DNA of 64,000 bases from Callorhinchus milii. Its lineage: Eukaryota. Of the stretch, positions 26,236 through 39,077 are shown piece by piece (position 1 is the first letter of the stretch; the number at the start of each line of letters is the position of its first letter). The notes under the pieces are model-generated. The model searched no databases, had not been told where the DNA came from, and saw only the letters and a list, made by a program, of their open reading frames with translations. Made by a program: the position numbers and the translations under genes. The DNA is taken from positions 4,402,001 to 4,466,000 of the forward strand of contig NW_024704758.1 in the NCBI RefSeq assembly GCF_018977255.1, given 5' to 3'.

Positions 26236-28390
26236 TACAACACAAATTAAATTTGTATAGCTCCTTTAACGTCGGGAGGACGTCCCAAGCTGCTGGACAT
26301 TCGGATTTGGACCCGAGCTGAGGGTCGTCATCGGGGTGGATGAAGGGCAGGGAGAGTAGGATACATTTGTATTGTAGTGAATAAAGGTTTGTGAATTTAT
26401 GCTGAAGTTTCTATGTTATTTTGGCCACTGAGCTTCAGGGCTCAGCTGCTGATTTATGTTGCCTCCTTCAGTTATACTACAAATCACATATGTTTTGTTC
26501 ATTGGTGATTGAGGACATTTATTATCAGTGAAGGTGGAGGCAGGGGGAGTGAACTGTTTACATCACAGAAGAATTTACATGGAATGAGACATTAACGATA
26601 ACCAGTTTTGGAAAGAGATCTTGACTTCTGTTAGCTAAAAAAGTTGCCCCACAAGGGTTGCTGTGAAAAGTGGCTGGTTGATTGGGATCTGTTTTAGTTA
26701 TTGTTTTCACAATCCAATGCGGAACTGATGTTTGAAAAATATGCAGTCGGGTACAGGTGACGAAAATGCAAAGCTGGTTGCACAATTCAAACATGCATGG
26801 AATTGAAACTTAAGGCATCAATCTCCGCTCATGGCTGTAAATGTCCAATCGAACAGGTATCATATTGGAATAGGATCCTGTGGATATATGTTGTGCTTAC
26901 ATCAACATTTGATTCCCAAATCCCAGAATAAAATACTCTGGACCACAGACACTAGCCCTCAATGCGCTCCCAGGTTTGCATTGAAGTAAATCCTGGTATG
27001 AATTGTGTTATGAATTTGATTAAGACACTGATTTCTGTTATAGAAAGTGATGAATATTTGAGAGCACATTTTCTGAAGCAAAGAGAGCTTGTCTGCTGTT
27101 AGCTAACTAAGTTGCCCCACACGGTGTGCTGTGAAAAGTGAGCTGTTGGTCGATTAGGAATACTGTACTAAAAGTGCAATTGTGTTGGATTGAAGAGTCC
27201 TCCTGTAAGCAAGATTGACAGTGAGAATGAAATAAGTGCATAAGTTACCAAACAGGCAGTAAGATGCTATTGTTCTTGTCCTATTCACTTCTAAACATAC
27301 CGATTAAACAGATAAAAAAACTCCAAATTCAGTCTGTAGTAGATTTAGTACAAACTGCAGCACTGTATTGTGATTATAGGCAGCAGAGGGGAATTTCAGT
27401 AGAAGCTGTTGCAAGAATTTAGTGTGTATAAACTTCAGCATTGCTTCAGACAGATTGGAAGGAAATGTTTCCATAGTAGAAAAGCCTGAAAGGTTGTGTA
27501 AACACACACAAGAATGTTCTCTGAATTCTGCATTTCCCATATACCATTGGAATTGAGCTAAGGCCCTGGAACAATCTAATGGTACATCTGATCATTGTGG
27601 TTACGCCTTTGATGGATTCTTTTCTCACTGCCGCACAGCGCAAAATGAAGAGCCAATTGTCAACAACAGCAACAAAACTACATTTGTGTAGCCGCCTTTC
27701 ACGTCGGGAGGACATCCCATTGTCCTATGTCATGATTGTTTGTTCTCAGTTTGTGGGTCTTTCTGTTTCTCCCACATTTTTTTACTAGTATTTGTATTAG
27801 CTAAGAATAGGTTTGTAGTATTTCGTGATGTAATAGTATTTTGTAAGTGAGCGTTTTTATATAACAAAAAGTTAATTGTCATTGGCTGAGTTGTTCATCA
27901 ACACAGTTCATTTTTCAAGGCTGGTACTTCTTAATAAATCATTAATAAAGTGTTCACAGTGTTTTGCAGGATTCATGTGACGTGTGTGGACTATTATATA
28001 GATACACAGCAGCTATTTGCGCATGACAGTGAATGGGAACAGAGCTAAGCTGGATAAACTGAATGATATTTTATGGTGCCTTACTTTACACTCATTATGC
28101 CTCTTAAACGGTACAGGTAGTTGTATTTTTCACCTGTTTGCTGCAAAGATTGTATAAAATCTGGATTGAGTTGAGTATTGAGTAGCATGTTGCCTGGGAC
28201 AATATGCTAGCAGTTCATATCTTATTTTTTCCTAGTAATATAATCTAGTCTTACCTAGTTACGTTGTGTGGAGTGTTGTATGTGATTTTATGAGATCACA
28301 GCTGGTAAACGCATTTGCATTTAATGCTTCGATTGAAGTTGCCATCATTTACCAAAGCCTGCCTTCTTTTCCAGTAGGACTCCAGCATTA

Positions 28391-28468
28391 ATGATCAAAT
28401 CAACAGCCAGCGGCAGAGAGCATGCCAGGGATTGTGATTTTCCGACGGCGATGGTCAGTGGGGAGTGA
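28391..28468 (+). promoter_or_regulatory. Out-of-frame upstream ORF (25 aa) overlapping the DAGLA start codon
   Basis: ATG at 28391, 31 nt upstream of the main ATG, reads MIKSTASGREHARDCDFPTAMVSGE* and lies wholly within the start exon. Confidence 0.6.
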
Positions 28469-28516
28469 TGACTTGGTTTTGCCGGGAATCTTCCTCTTCC
28501 TCGTCCACACTACCTG
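28422..28516 (+). CDS. DAGLA: Diacylglycerol lipase alpha, coding exon 1 (start exon; 5'UTR part begins at 28375 or 28378)
   Basis: ATG at 28422 reads MPGIVIFRRRWSVGSDDLVLPGIFLFLVHTT(W), matching the DAGLA N-terminus. 95 coding nt, donor TG|GTAAG, acceptor ttcttttccagtag upstream. Confidence 0.97.
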
Positions 28517-28639
28517 GTAAGAACCGCTTTATAAATGGATCTTGTGTCGCACCATTGCATTACCAGGCTGGTCTAGCAGTCCACAGGGCTTGAGGAAAGG
28601 CGCCATGAAGACATCCTCGTTGCGACCTGCTAAAAGTGT

Positions 28640-29220
28640 TCAAGATTATGAAAGGATTTGATAAAGTGGATGCTGATAAGTTGGTGACCCAACCACTTAT
28701 TTCCACTTGTTTGGTGAGTCCAAAACTTGAGGGCATCAATGCAAGACAACCAGTAGCAGATCTAATGGGGAGTTTCGGGTATGGAATCTAGGGTCACATA
28801 TAAAAACAAATCGAAATCATCACAATTGTTGCTGCTGGAGAAGCCATTTGGATTAATGGCTGTATTTCTCGGTTGTAACTGTTTTAGAATGTTATTGTTC
28901 TTGCTCACTTTGTGCCTGAAATTAAGATGGGGCAAATTTGGCCCCAGGGACACAATACCTCATCCAGAGACTGTCCCCGGAAATTGGGGACGTGTGGTCA
29001 CCATAGTTTAGGAGAAACTTCTTCATTGCAGAGAATGGTGAGAGTGTGGAACTCACGGCTGGAAACTGGGATTGAAACAAATTGCATCAATTTATTTAAG
29101 AGAAAACTTCATGTGTGAGGAAGAAGGGAATAGAGGAATATAGGCGACGGGAATAGCAGGTTGGGAGCTTGTGCAGAGTATGAACACCGGCAGGAACTGG
29201 TGTCACTTTATGTAATTTAA
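28640..29220 (+). mobile_element. CR1 3' remnant interrupted by a small DNA-transposon-like insert
   Basis: ttcaagattatgaaaggatttgat (FKIMKGFD) ... resumes at gtttaggagaaacttcttc...gagagtgtggaactc. Confidence 0.7.
28780..29005. mobile_element. hAT/Tip100-like non-autonomous element (MITE) remnant
   Basis: Ends ...gactgtccccggaaattggggacgtgtggtcaccata. Termini TATGG/CCATA; flanks gtttcggg / gtttagga (6 of 8 match). Confidence 0.45.
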
Positions 29221-30104
29221 TGTAATGGAGATGAAAACCGTTAGTTCATTTGGATTTTACTGGAAACTGGCGCAATTATCTGAACATCAAAGGAGCAAAT
29301 TAAGGACAGATCTGAATATATGCTAGTTGGAAATACATAAAACACCCAAAAAGTATTTAACTATTTGCTGACACAACCCACCTGCACGGCACACTATATA
29401 ATGTGTTCCTCCAACCACCAGCTTGCTTAAAACTATAAAACTATTACTTATCTCAAAAGCACTGAAACTAGCCACCAGGAATTGCACATTTTTGGTGTCA
29501 AGAGATGTTTAATGTCTTATACATTTATATAGACCCATGTGTGGTTTGTACTGAAATAGACTGAATTTAAACAGGAATTCAAACATGTTCCTCTGGGAAA
29601 GGTTTCAGGATCTGCAGTTACATTATGTTGTCTTTAAAACATTTTCTCATACTGTGTAATTTTTTTAAAAAAAATTCTGTATTCCCTCTTTTTACCCACT
29701 GCCACCATTCCTTGGTGTAAATAAGTAATTGTGGTGACTTGCTTCCAGGCCCCAACCAATTAGTTCATTGTATCTGGCAGAAAGTCAGGATGCATGTTGA
29801 CTTGTCCTCCTGTTGAACTTCCCTCTCTGTGGAGAAATTCAAGATCTTCCTAATGAAGAAATGCAAGAAATCCCACTTATGCGACTATGTTCTTTATTCT
29901 ATTTACATCCTCCTCTCTGACAGATTTCTGTTGCCATAGTAAAGGAGCTGTTTACTAGGAAGTTTGGTAGAAGATAGAAGATTGGACTGAAGAAATGGGT
30001 TGATGTTGCAATGATAAGAGAGTAGGGTGGGTATTTTAGATGGGCTAAAGAGTCTTCTTCATTTATATTTGTCCTCATTTTGATATGCCCCCGTGGTCTT
30101 GCCC

Positions 30105-31180
30105 AACTTACCTCTGTGACTTCCTTGAACTGTACCAATTTGTCTGCTCCCTTTGCTTAGCAGACACCAGCTTGCTTCATCTCCCCCACCCTAACTGCCA
30201 CCATTGGCAGTCAGGCTTTCATCCTATTTGGCCACATTCTCTGGAGCTTAATCCTGGAGTTCCTCTGACTCAACTCCTTACCCTCGCCTATTTCAAGGTC
30301 CATCTGAATATCTTGCTCTTTGACCACAGTTCTGGTAATCTCTGTCTTCCCACCTTCAGTTTGAATGACTCTGACTCAGAGGTGAGAGTGCTACCAAATG
30401 AGCTAGTCTGACACATTGCCAGACATCAAGGCCTGGATGAGCACCAACTTTCTGCACCTGAATGTTAACGAGACGCAAGTCATATTCCTTAGCTCCTGTC
30501 AACATCTTCTCAACTGTGCCTCTGACCTTCTTTACCTCACAGCCTATCCCTCAGGCTTCCTGAACCTATGAGCAATCTAGGCATCATCTACAATACCCAG
30601 CTCTGTTTACAATTCCACATCCGGTTCCTGACCAGGACCTCTTTCCTCCACCTATGCTACATCACCCATACCTTTCACTCTTTCCTGCCTGCCTCGATTT
30701 TTCTAATGTCCTCCTTGCCGGGCTCCCCATTCCACTATTCATAAAATCCAATTAATTCAAAATTCCAATGTCCCGTTTCCTCACCTGTATTAGGCAACTC
30801 ATCACCCCAGTCCTTGCCAGGCTAACTGGCTCTCTATTGGAGAACGGATCGATTTCAAGATCCTCGTACTTCTATACAAATCAACTCCCTACCTCTGACC
30901 TGTTTACACCCCACTCCTCTACCCACCCACTTCGTTCAGCCAGCTCCGGCCTCCTGCCGTCCTTGTCCTCTGCACTGTCGGTGGCTATGCTTTCAGTCAC
31001 TATGCACCGAGATTCTGTAACTCTCTACCTCAATCATTCTGCCTTTCCCCCTTCTTCCTTTTTGACCGTGCTTATGGTCACCTCCCCTCTGGCTCGGCGT
31101 CAAGCTTCGTCGCTGTTAAGTGCTCTGAGATGCTACCCTACATGAAGGGCACTATATACATGCAAGTTGTTGTTATTATT
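30105..31180 (+). mobile_element. Cluster of L2-type LINE remnants
   Basis: gacatcaaggcctggatgagcaccaactttctgcacctgaatg (DIKAWMSTNFLHLN), WLP/FKIL-type segment and tail gctctgagatgctaccctacatgaagggc...ttgttgtt. Confidence 0.8.
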
Positions 31181-32334
31181 GCCATAAGGGGGAGAAAGAA
31201 CCTGAAGGAATGGCAGTAATCCAATAATTTTATACAACACTTTTTCCCGTGCAAGTGAATCCAGCATCTAAAGCCTGCCTTTTTGTTGCACTAGACAAGG
31301 TATGAGAAGGCACTAAAACATGCTGCGAGACAGCCAGTTGCAAACAACCCTATTTCTTAATATGAAGGTTAATGACATAGGAGGGAGGCATGGTGTCTCC
31401 TGATGAAATTCGTTCCAGGTTGTTAAAAATGATTCCATTCCAATTTTACAGCTTGTAAAAGTGAATCAGGAAATTATGCAAGTGCTGTTTTTTTCGACCA
31501 ATAAATTGCATAGGATAGCCAGCAGCTATTTGATTAATAAAGAATGTATGACTGGTTTGTGATCTACAGATGACACACTTTGGTTTGTTCTGAATGAAAA
31601 GCTGGAGCTACATGCTGTAGCCACTGTCTGCCCTTTTCTGAGGACTGACTTGTTGCCCGGGTGAAAGAGCAAATTGTGCTGCCAAAAAAAAAACCTTTTC
31701 AAAAGAGTGTCTCGCCTCCAGGTTCATTTTCAAGATCAGATTGCTTTAAAGGAATTCTGAAAAGCTTTAATTTCCGTTTCTGGCTTCTATTGAATCAGGA
31801 ACCTCATGCCATCGGGCTCACTAACAATAGCCAGTCAATTCCTTCATTGCCCTCAACAATATGTACTATTAAAAATAAAAATAAATCATCAGGTCTACAT
31901 TCAAAATAAAGCCATATCGTGAAATTTGTTCCATTTCCTGGGAATGGATTTGTAAAAGGAATACTGAATAGAAGTGACTGGAGCTAGCTTTGGGGAAAAA
32001 AGACCTTTGTCAGTTCAGGGCACGTGATTGCTGGTGAGGCTCTTCTAGCTCTTTTCTCTTTCTCCTGGACTGGATTCAAGTAGAAGCTTATTGTCTGACA
32101 GGTGATCATTTTCCTGCCTTTAACTTCCAATCGGTTAATTAAAGACCAGCCAAATTTGCACATCTATATGTGAAGATATTGCATATACAACGTGATGAAG
32201 TCACCAATTCCACTCGTGAATCCGAAGTGGATCCAATTGTTGTTTAGGATCAGACATGTAGATTGACCACCAAGTTCAGCTGCTGGGAACCATGAATGAT
32301 ATTGTGGTCCAGACAAAAGTTGATGAGAATTCCA

Positions 32335-32555
32335 GTTAAGTTGTGAAAGGCAATTTCATGATAGATACCAAGCAGCTTTTCTTTACTCGGAGAGGAATGA
32401 CTGGAACATGTTTCCAGGGTGGGTGGTTGAGGACACTGGACTCATTTAAGAAGTAGCTTGATGCTGCGATGGAGGAATGTATGGTGAGTGTTCTGGAAGG
32501 ATGAGATCAGATGGACCAAAGGGCCTTCTTCACCTGAACCAATCTTGTGATTTGT
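32335..32555 (+). mobile_element. CR1 3' remnant
   Basis: ttctttactcggag...tggaac...gtggttgagg...atttaagaagtagcttgat...gatggaccaaagggcctt. Confidence 0.6.
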
Positions 32556-35500
32556 TAATCCCATGCTACCTCCCCTATTTGGTGCATTCTATTCTAATCC
32601 CATTTCCCTGTTCTTTCATTTTTAGTTCGATTCCTCAAATGTATCTAATTTGCTTTAAATTAGGTCATTTTAATTGTACTAACTGCAATGTGGAAACTTT
32701 ATCCATCCATTATCCTGGTAGCTTTAAGGTAATAACCAGTTGATTTAGTGAAGAACAGAAATGTTGTAGTTACATGTTTTATAATGTTCTTGCCATCTAA
32801 ATTCTATTGATTATGCAAGAGGTCAGTAGTTTTATTTCACTAGATTTTCACATCTTATTGCCAGTAAAATTGGTTGTATTTATGCAAATTTAATAGATTT
32901 GAATCGTTACATGGAACGATTGGCTTCCATGGGCATAGAACAAGAACACATAAAATCACATGCCAGAGATGCTCTGGAAGTTTAAAATGTTTTTCCTCAC
33001 TATAGATATGTGGAATTGGCTCCTTAATAACCATTAAAAACAGCTCGATCAATATTGAAAAGGGTGTGTTGAAATGAGAATAGCAATTACTTTGATTGAT
33101 TCCCATGGGTTTAGGAAGAGATTATAGGAAATTTGAAGTTGAACAACAATGGATGACTGTTTTGAAGGCAAATAGCACAATGAGCTGAATGGCCTGTTCT
33201 TATTCTGAGTTTTGTTAATAAAAGTACTTTGAAGCATCTTCCCACAGACCCATATATTATCGCAGTCAGAGGATGAGAAACCAACCCATTGAACTTAATT
33301 CTCACATGTGTGGTATCTGCTGTGTTTGGGCAGATAGGAATAGAGTTTTGCTTCATCTGTTTATAAAATATCTCTGGTCCAGACTGCACAGAGATTCACA
33401 GAGCTACTTTGCATGCCAATGAAATACTAATATACTAATTCAATCATGCAACAGTGCACTCCTGACTATATTTAGTATCTGCAAAGCACCTTCCCAATAA
33501 ACCAGTAAGTATTCTTTTACCTTGGAATATACAGATTAATTTGTTGCCTGAACAATTGTATTAAATGGCTATATATTAATGGATGCAGTGTGTTAGCGTT
33601 TGCGCTTTCACAGTGGTACGACAGTTCAGCGCATTGGCTCTTTTGGTTCCTCACTTGTTGAAAGATCAGGCTCAGTTGCGCCATTGGCAAATGGTGAGCA
33701 GAAAGAAAGTCAGAGAGTGAATCATCGGGGGCAAGTTTAAGAGTGCCATTGGTGGAGAAGTGGATTAAGGTGTCTACTACTCCCTCTTGATCCAGCAACT
33801 TTCTGCACCTTGGAGAGAAGAAAGCAGATAACAATTGTAAATAGCTTCAAAAGAAAGATAAAAAGAGAAGGTTTAGTTTATTGCACCATAAATACCTTTG
33901 AATCCTTTGGAAACAAATCATTAATTCTACTTGAATGGAAAGCTTAACTATCACAGCATTTAAACGGAATTGAATAAATACTTGAAAAAATATTAGAGTA
34001 TGACAAAGGAACACGGGTGGAATTAGAGTAGATAGCTCCAGCGCAGATACATTGGCTTAAATGAAATTGACCTGTGTTGGAATGTTACATTTTTATAGCA
34101 TCTTATCATTTCGAGTGTAAAATACTTCACAGGTAATTAGCTGAAACCTTCTAACTCAGAGGCCAGAGTTCTACCTACTGAGCCAAACTGGAAACTGAAA
34201 CCTGATATTGCTTTTGTTTCTGCATTAATGTTTGATGTTTATTTAAAGTTAGGCAAAATTTGCAATGCCAGATACAACGATGCTAAGGCCAGTTTTAAGA
34301 ACCCAACCTTTTCTCTGACAATTGAGAAAGTGATCTGGAGAGAGTGTGCTTTCTTGTATTTTTTAGGTTAAGTATAGTCATTGAAATTTCAGTTGTGTTC
34401 CTAAATCTGGAAATAAATTCCATGTTTCCTAAATTAAACTCTGAAATCAAAATTATCTAGCCCATCAAATAAAAGACAGTATTTTTAGCATTGGGCCTGG
34501 GTTAGCTCTGTATAAAGCAGGTTCCAGGAGCTGTGGCATTGCCATCTAGAGTGGGAGCAATCGCTCTGGAGCTGACCTTAATTTCAGGCTCGGCTAATGT
34601 GGTTTACCCCATGTGTGTGGTGTGTGTTGTACAGTGACATCCCTGAAAGCATCAGTAAATCTGCAGCAGCCTGCAGTGCTTACTATGATGCCTTAGCATC
34701 TTAAATCTTGTAACTGAAAGTTCATACCAAATAACCTGATCTCAGGCTGTGGATTTCTATTGCTATTTTCTTTTTTGAATTATTTTTGCCTGGAGGCCTT
34801 CTGAAGAGTAAGGTTGAAAAGTCACACATGCTACAAACGTGGATAATGTAGACTGTACATTCTGGATTATAACAAGTGTTCTGCTGATTTCCCGCTTAAA
34901 CTCCAGCCCAGGCACAGCCTCACTGCACAGGAATTTAAAGGCTCCTTTATTAAACTCCTCCAACCTAACGGTATTCTTTCAAACCCTCTTAAAATATCTT
35001 TTTGGACCGTGCCTTTGGTGAACATCCTCAAATTCCCTCGCCTTCCCTTCCTGGTTGGGTGATGCCCCATTGACTTTGTAGCACACTAAGGCATTCTTGA
35101 TAAGTGCAAGTTGTATTAATCATGTCACTGAGCTGCTTCACTGCATTCTCCAGCACGACTATATTGCTGGAGTTGAATACAGTTAATGTACTCGATTTTT
35201 ATACCGTGAGATGGATTTCACAGCACTGGCAGCAGCAGTACATGTCATGATTTGTTTTCCAGCTGTGATCGTCCCCATCTCTTGGGAAAGTGTATAAGCT
35301 TGTGACGCACAAACTCCACCGATGCCCTTTACAGAAAAAGATGACAGTCACCATTGAAAACATTTACATTTATAATTGACTGAATGGGTACCTTCAAAGA
35401 AGCCCTGAAAGTCACCTCTCAAGGTTGCCTCGGTTTTCTGGAGCTAGTACCAGCGAAGGACTGACCAACAGCAAGCTGTAGCTGTATTTTTTCCCCCCTT

Positions 35501-35890
35501 TTGCGAGGGAAGTGCACAAATTTAGCATGGTGATACCCACTGCCAGCACTGCCCACATCAGAAACTGGCTCTTCGAAGAGAAATCTTCTGGGCCTCCCTT
35601 AAAAATATAAATCCTCTTTTAACGTTTGCACCAGTGAAAATTACAGGCAACAGCAATACTGTTGCTTCTTCTTTCCGTTCCTGCAAATAGGCGAAGAGAA
35701 CGATGGCGTATCTAACTGTTATTACTGTCTCCTGGCAGTGCTTTAAAATGAATTTCATTTTTGTTTCTTGTAAGTTATTTTATTATTTTACCCTTCTGTA
35801 GTGCCCCAGTAGCACTCACATTCCCAGGCGGAGTTGGTTGGCAATTTTCATCCAGGTTTTTTTTAACCTGCCGCTGAGAAGCGAGTGATT

Positions 35891-35990
35891 GTGACCTGGG
35901 AGCGAGTTCGAGCCCGTGAGCGAGTGTGAGCCCAGAAGGCCAGTGTGAGCCCGGGAGCCAGTGCGAGTCTGGGAGGCAGTGTGACCTCTG
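35891..35990. repeat. ~18-bp GC-rich minisatellite, 5-6 units
   Basis: Units such as tgagcccgggagccagtg, cgagcccgtgagcgagtg and cgagtctgggaggcagtg. Confidence 0.8.
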
Positions 35991-36561
35991 GTGGGATGTC
36001 TGGCTGGGAATTTTCCAGCCTCCTTCCCCACTTGTGAGAAAGTGATCCTTCTTCTTCTTAAAGCACAGAATTACTGTGTGGGGATGCAGTTGACACCATC
36101 TCAAATCCTACCTCTCCAGCAACCTTCTGTATTACATGTTTACTGTCACTAAGCCGCTGAACTTCATGTTAAATACACCACTTTGAAAGTATTCATCTGG
36201 AGAGGAGGTACTGCTGTGTTTTACTTTTATGGCACCAGCATTTTTCTGTAGGCCTCAGAATTGGCAGAGCACGAAGGCGGTGCTCATCTAGTCTTGAATT
36301 CATCTGACTGAATCGGTTTCAAAAGCCTTTAATAATTGGTCATTCACTTTATGGCTATTAGTGGGACATTGCTGTGTGCAAATTGGCTATAGTGTTTGCC
36401 TACAAATGTACAGTCGATACACTTTAATCTCTGTGAAGCTCTTTGAGCTGTCCTCTGGAAGTGATGAGATTACATGAAATGTAAGTATTCTTGGTCTATG
36501 TTATTACTGGCAGCAGGTTCCTGGGTTACATAATCTCATTTATACCAGTTTTGTTTTCCAG

Positions 36562-36773
36562 GTTTGTGGTCCTTGCTGTGGTTCTGTTCGGCCTGACCTA
36601 CAACCCTCAAGAGACATGTTCGCTGAACCTGGTGGACCATGGCAGGGGTTACCTGGGCATCCTTATGGGCTGTATGATATCAGAGGTTGCAATAATCTGG
36701 CTGAGCATGCGTGGCAGCATCCTTTACACAGAGCCTCGAGATTCGATGCAGTACATTCTGTACATCCGACTAG
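36562..36773 (+). CDS. DAGLA: DAGLA coding exon 2 (212 nt; TM1 end, TM2)
   Basis: ttttccag|G then FVVLAVVLFGLTYNPQETCSLNLVDHGRGYLGILMGCMISEVAIIWLSMRGSILYTEPRDSMQYILYIRL; donor G|GTAAG; phase consistent with neighbours. Confidence 0.97.
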
Positions 36774-37084
36774 GTAAGACATGTTGATATCGGTGCCCAG
36801 TGGGAAGCTTTGCATTGAAATTTGCTGCTTTACAATGATGTCAATATTTCTAGTATTCCTTTTAAGTAAATCTCACAAATTGAATCGACCTTGGTATTAA
36901 CAACGATGGATTGTTTTATTGTGTTTCTCATCCCCCAATGGATCGAATTCAAGATTCTCCTCCTTACTTTCAAATACCTCCATGGCCTTGACCTTGTGTG
37001 ACGCTACAGTTCCATCTTCTCTGCTCCACCAGCGGTGGGAAAGCCTTCATTATTCTGCCCCTGCTTTTCTGGTACACCATCCCT

Positions 37085-37345
37085 ACAACAACAACAACTT
37101 GCATTTATCTAACGTCCGAAAGCGCTTGACAGTGGCAGAGCACAACGCCGAGCCAGGGTGAGGGGGAGGTGACCGTAGGCACGGTCGAAGAGGAAGGTCT
37201 TCAGGTGTGACCTGAAGATGGGGAAAGAAGGGATAAGGCGGAGGGATACAAGAGTGTTACAGAGTTTGGGGCGTAGTGGCTGAAAGCACAGCCACCAATG
37301 GTGGAATGTAGGGAACGAGGGACATGCAGAAGATCACCGAATGCG
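37085..37345 (-). mobile_element. L2-type LINE 3' end
   Basis: (CAA)n-cttgcatttat... followed by the reverse complement of the ORF2 C-terminus (ggtcgaagaggaaggtcttcagg). Confidence 0.75.
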
Positions 37346-37633
37346 GGGTCAATGAGGAAGGGTTTCATGGATTTGTGGGAGCAAATTCCTGGGGATCAGA
37401 GATCGTTTTCCAGTTCATTCTAACTGAACAACTGCAGGATATCCTTAAATTGATAGACAAGTGTGCCTACTAATTAAATGTTGTGCTTAATTTTCAGTCG
37501 AATAATTCAATACCAGATTGTGTGCTGACTAACTGCTCTCTCAGTGCCATTTATATGTTAATGAAATAAGGTTTCATATTTCTTTGGTGGCAAAATCATA
37601 ACCCAAGCACTTTGCAATTATGCTTCCTTCCAG

Positions 37634-37735
37634 CAATCCTTGTAATAGAATTTGTGTATGCAATAATAGGAATCATCTGGTTGGTGCAATACTACCATTC
37701 CTGTCATGACACTGCTGCAAAGAACGTTACCCTGG
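37634..37735 (+). CDS. DAGLA: DAGLA coding exon 3 (102 nt; TM3, NVT sequon)
   Basis: ccttccag|CA then (A)ILVIEFVYAIIGIIWLVQYYHSCHDTAAKNVTL(G); donor G|GTGAG. Not present in the ORF track. Confidence 0.96.
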
Positions 37736-39077
37736 GTGAGTACAAAGTTGTGTAAGTCCAGTTTCCTGTTGCCTCACTTTTTAAAAAGAAATAAGCAGCC
37801 AATTATTCATTCTGTAAACGTGAGAATGAAATATTCTGGGCTGTGATGGACAAAGAGAAGGCGAGTCACAAGGAAGGTGCTGGCTCATTGGCGTCAGTGC
37901 CATACAGGATATTAGTTGCAATGGTTATGAGTTTTGCTCACAGACCCAACTGAACAATGTGGAGCTTGCTTCCAGTTTGCCACCCAACCAAGAATTTGCA
38001 AACACTTCATTGTTAGCAAACCTACCAGGGGGGGGAAGAGGACTGAACTGAAATTCACAAGCTGATGATATGGAACAAGACTGTTGTTGTTCAATCTATA
38101 ATGTGTTAGTAGAAAAGCACAGCGGGCAGTTCACCCGCATTAAAAATGACATGTTATTCTGAATATTGGTAATGTTGGCCAGTGTGCGAGCAGCTAACTC
38201 CCAATTTAGTCATGGCAATGGAATGCTGTGGCTTTGACCACCTGATGTTTTTGATCAGCTGATAACTTGCAACTGGAAAGTAGTATATATCCACAATGAG
38301 TACGCTGAAGTTAACTCTTTATATTCACTAAAATTTGTGCAGCCAAAGTTTACAGGCGAGTGTAAGTTTCTATTTTGGTTGCAATCAATTTCCACAGAAG
38401 AGGACAAAAGCCTTCTCTCTCATTCCCTCATGATTGCTAAGGATATCAAGTGAAATAGGTTTGGAAAGCATAATGTTATGATTGGCATAGAAAGAGGCCA
38501 TTTGCCCCAGCAGTCAGAGCAATCCCATACCCCTTCCAGTTTCTACGGCTTCTGTACCACTAAGCTAGGCAGAGCTAAATCAGCCATGGTTTCTTATCCA
38601 GATCACTCTCAGTGAGCCCTTGCTGGAATGTGAGTGAGTGCATTGGGACGTCCTCCCGACGTGAAAGGTGTTTTACAAACGTAATTTTGTATTGTGTCTA
38701 ATAGAGTATACATGCGTGCTAGTACGTCCTACAGTGCCTATTGACACTCATCGTCCAATTCAAACATTGTCACTTGTGTGCTTGCTGGAATCTGACCCAA
38801 GGATCCACTGCCAGTGGAAGAAAAAAATCAGGGAAAAATTGGAGTAATAAAACAAACACCTATACAACTGTCAGTACAGCAATCTCTTTATTATATCTTT
38901 CCATTGTCCTTCATGTTCAGGCTCTGGAACCTTCCATCTCAGTGGGAATTATATGTGGAGACAGACAGACAGATGTGCTGCAGAACATTCACCCTCAGTT
39001 TTCATTGTTAATTTGTACAATTTTAGACCTTTCACTGCCATACTCAAAGCCTTATTCTATCTTCTTTACAAATCCAG

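Noticed and set aside
1-28370. Possible second gene or CpG-island promoter upstream of DAGLA
   Set aside because: No recognisable exons or CpG island were seen; ORFs there are short or TE-derived. Small exons cannot be excluded by eye.
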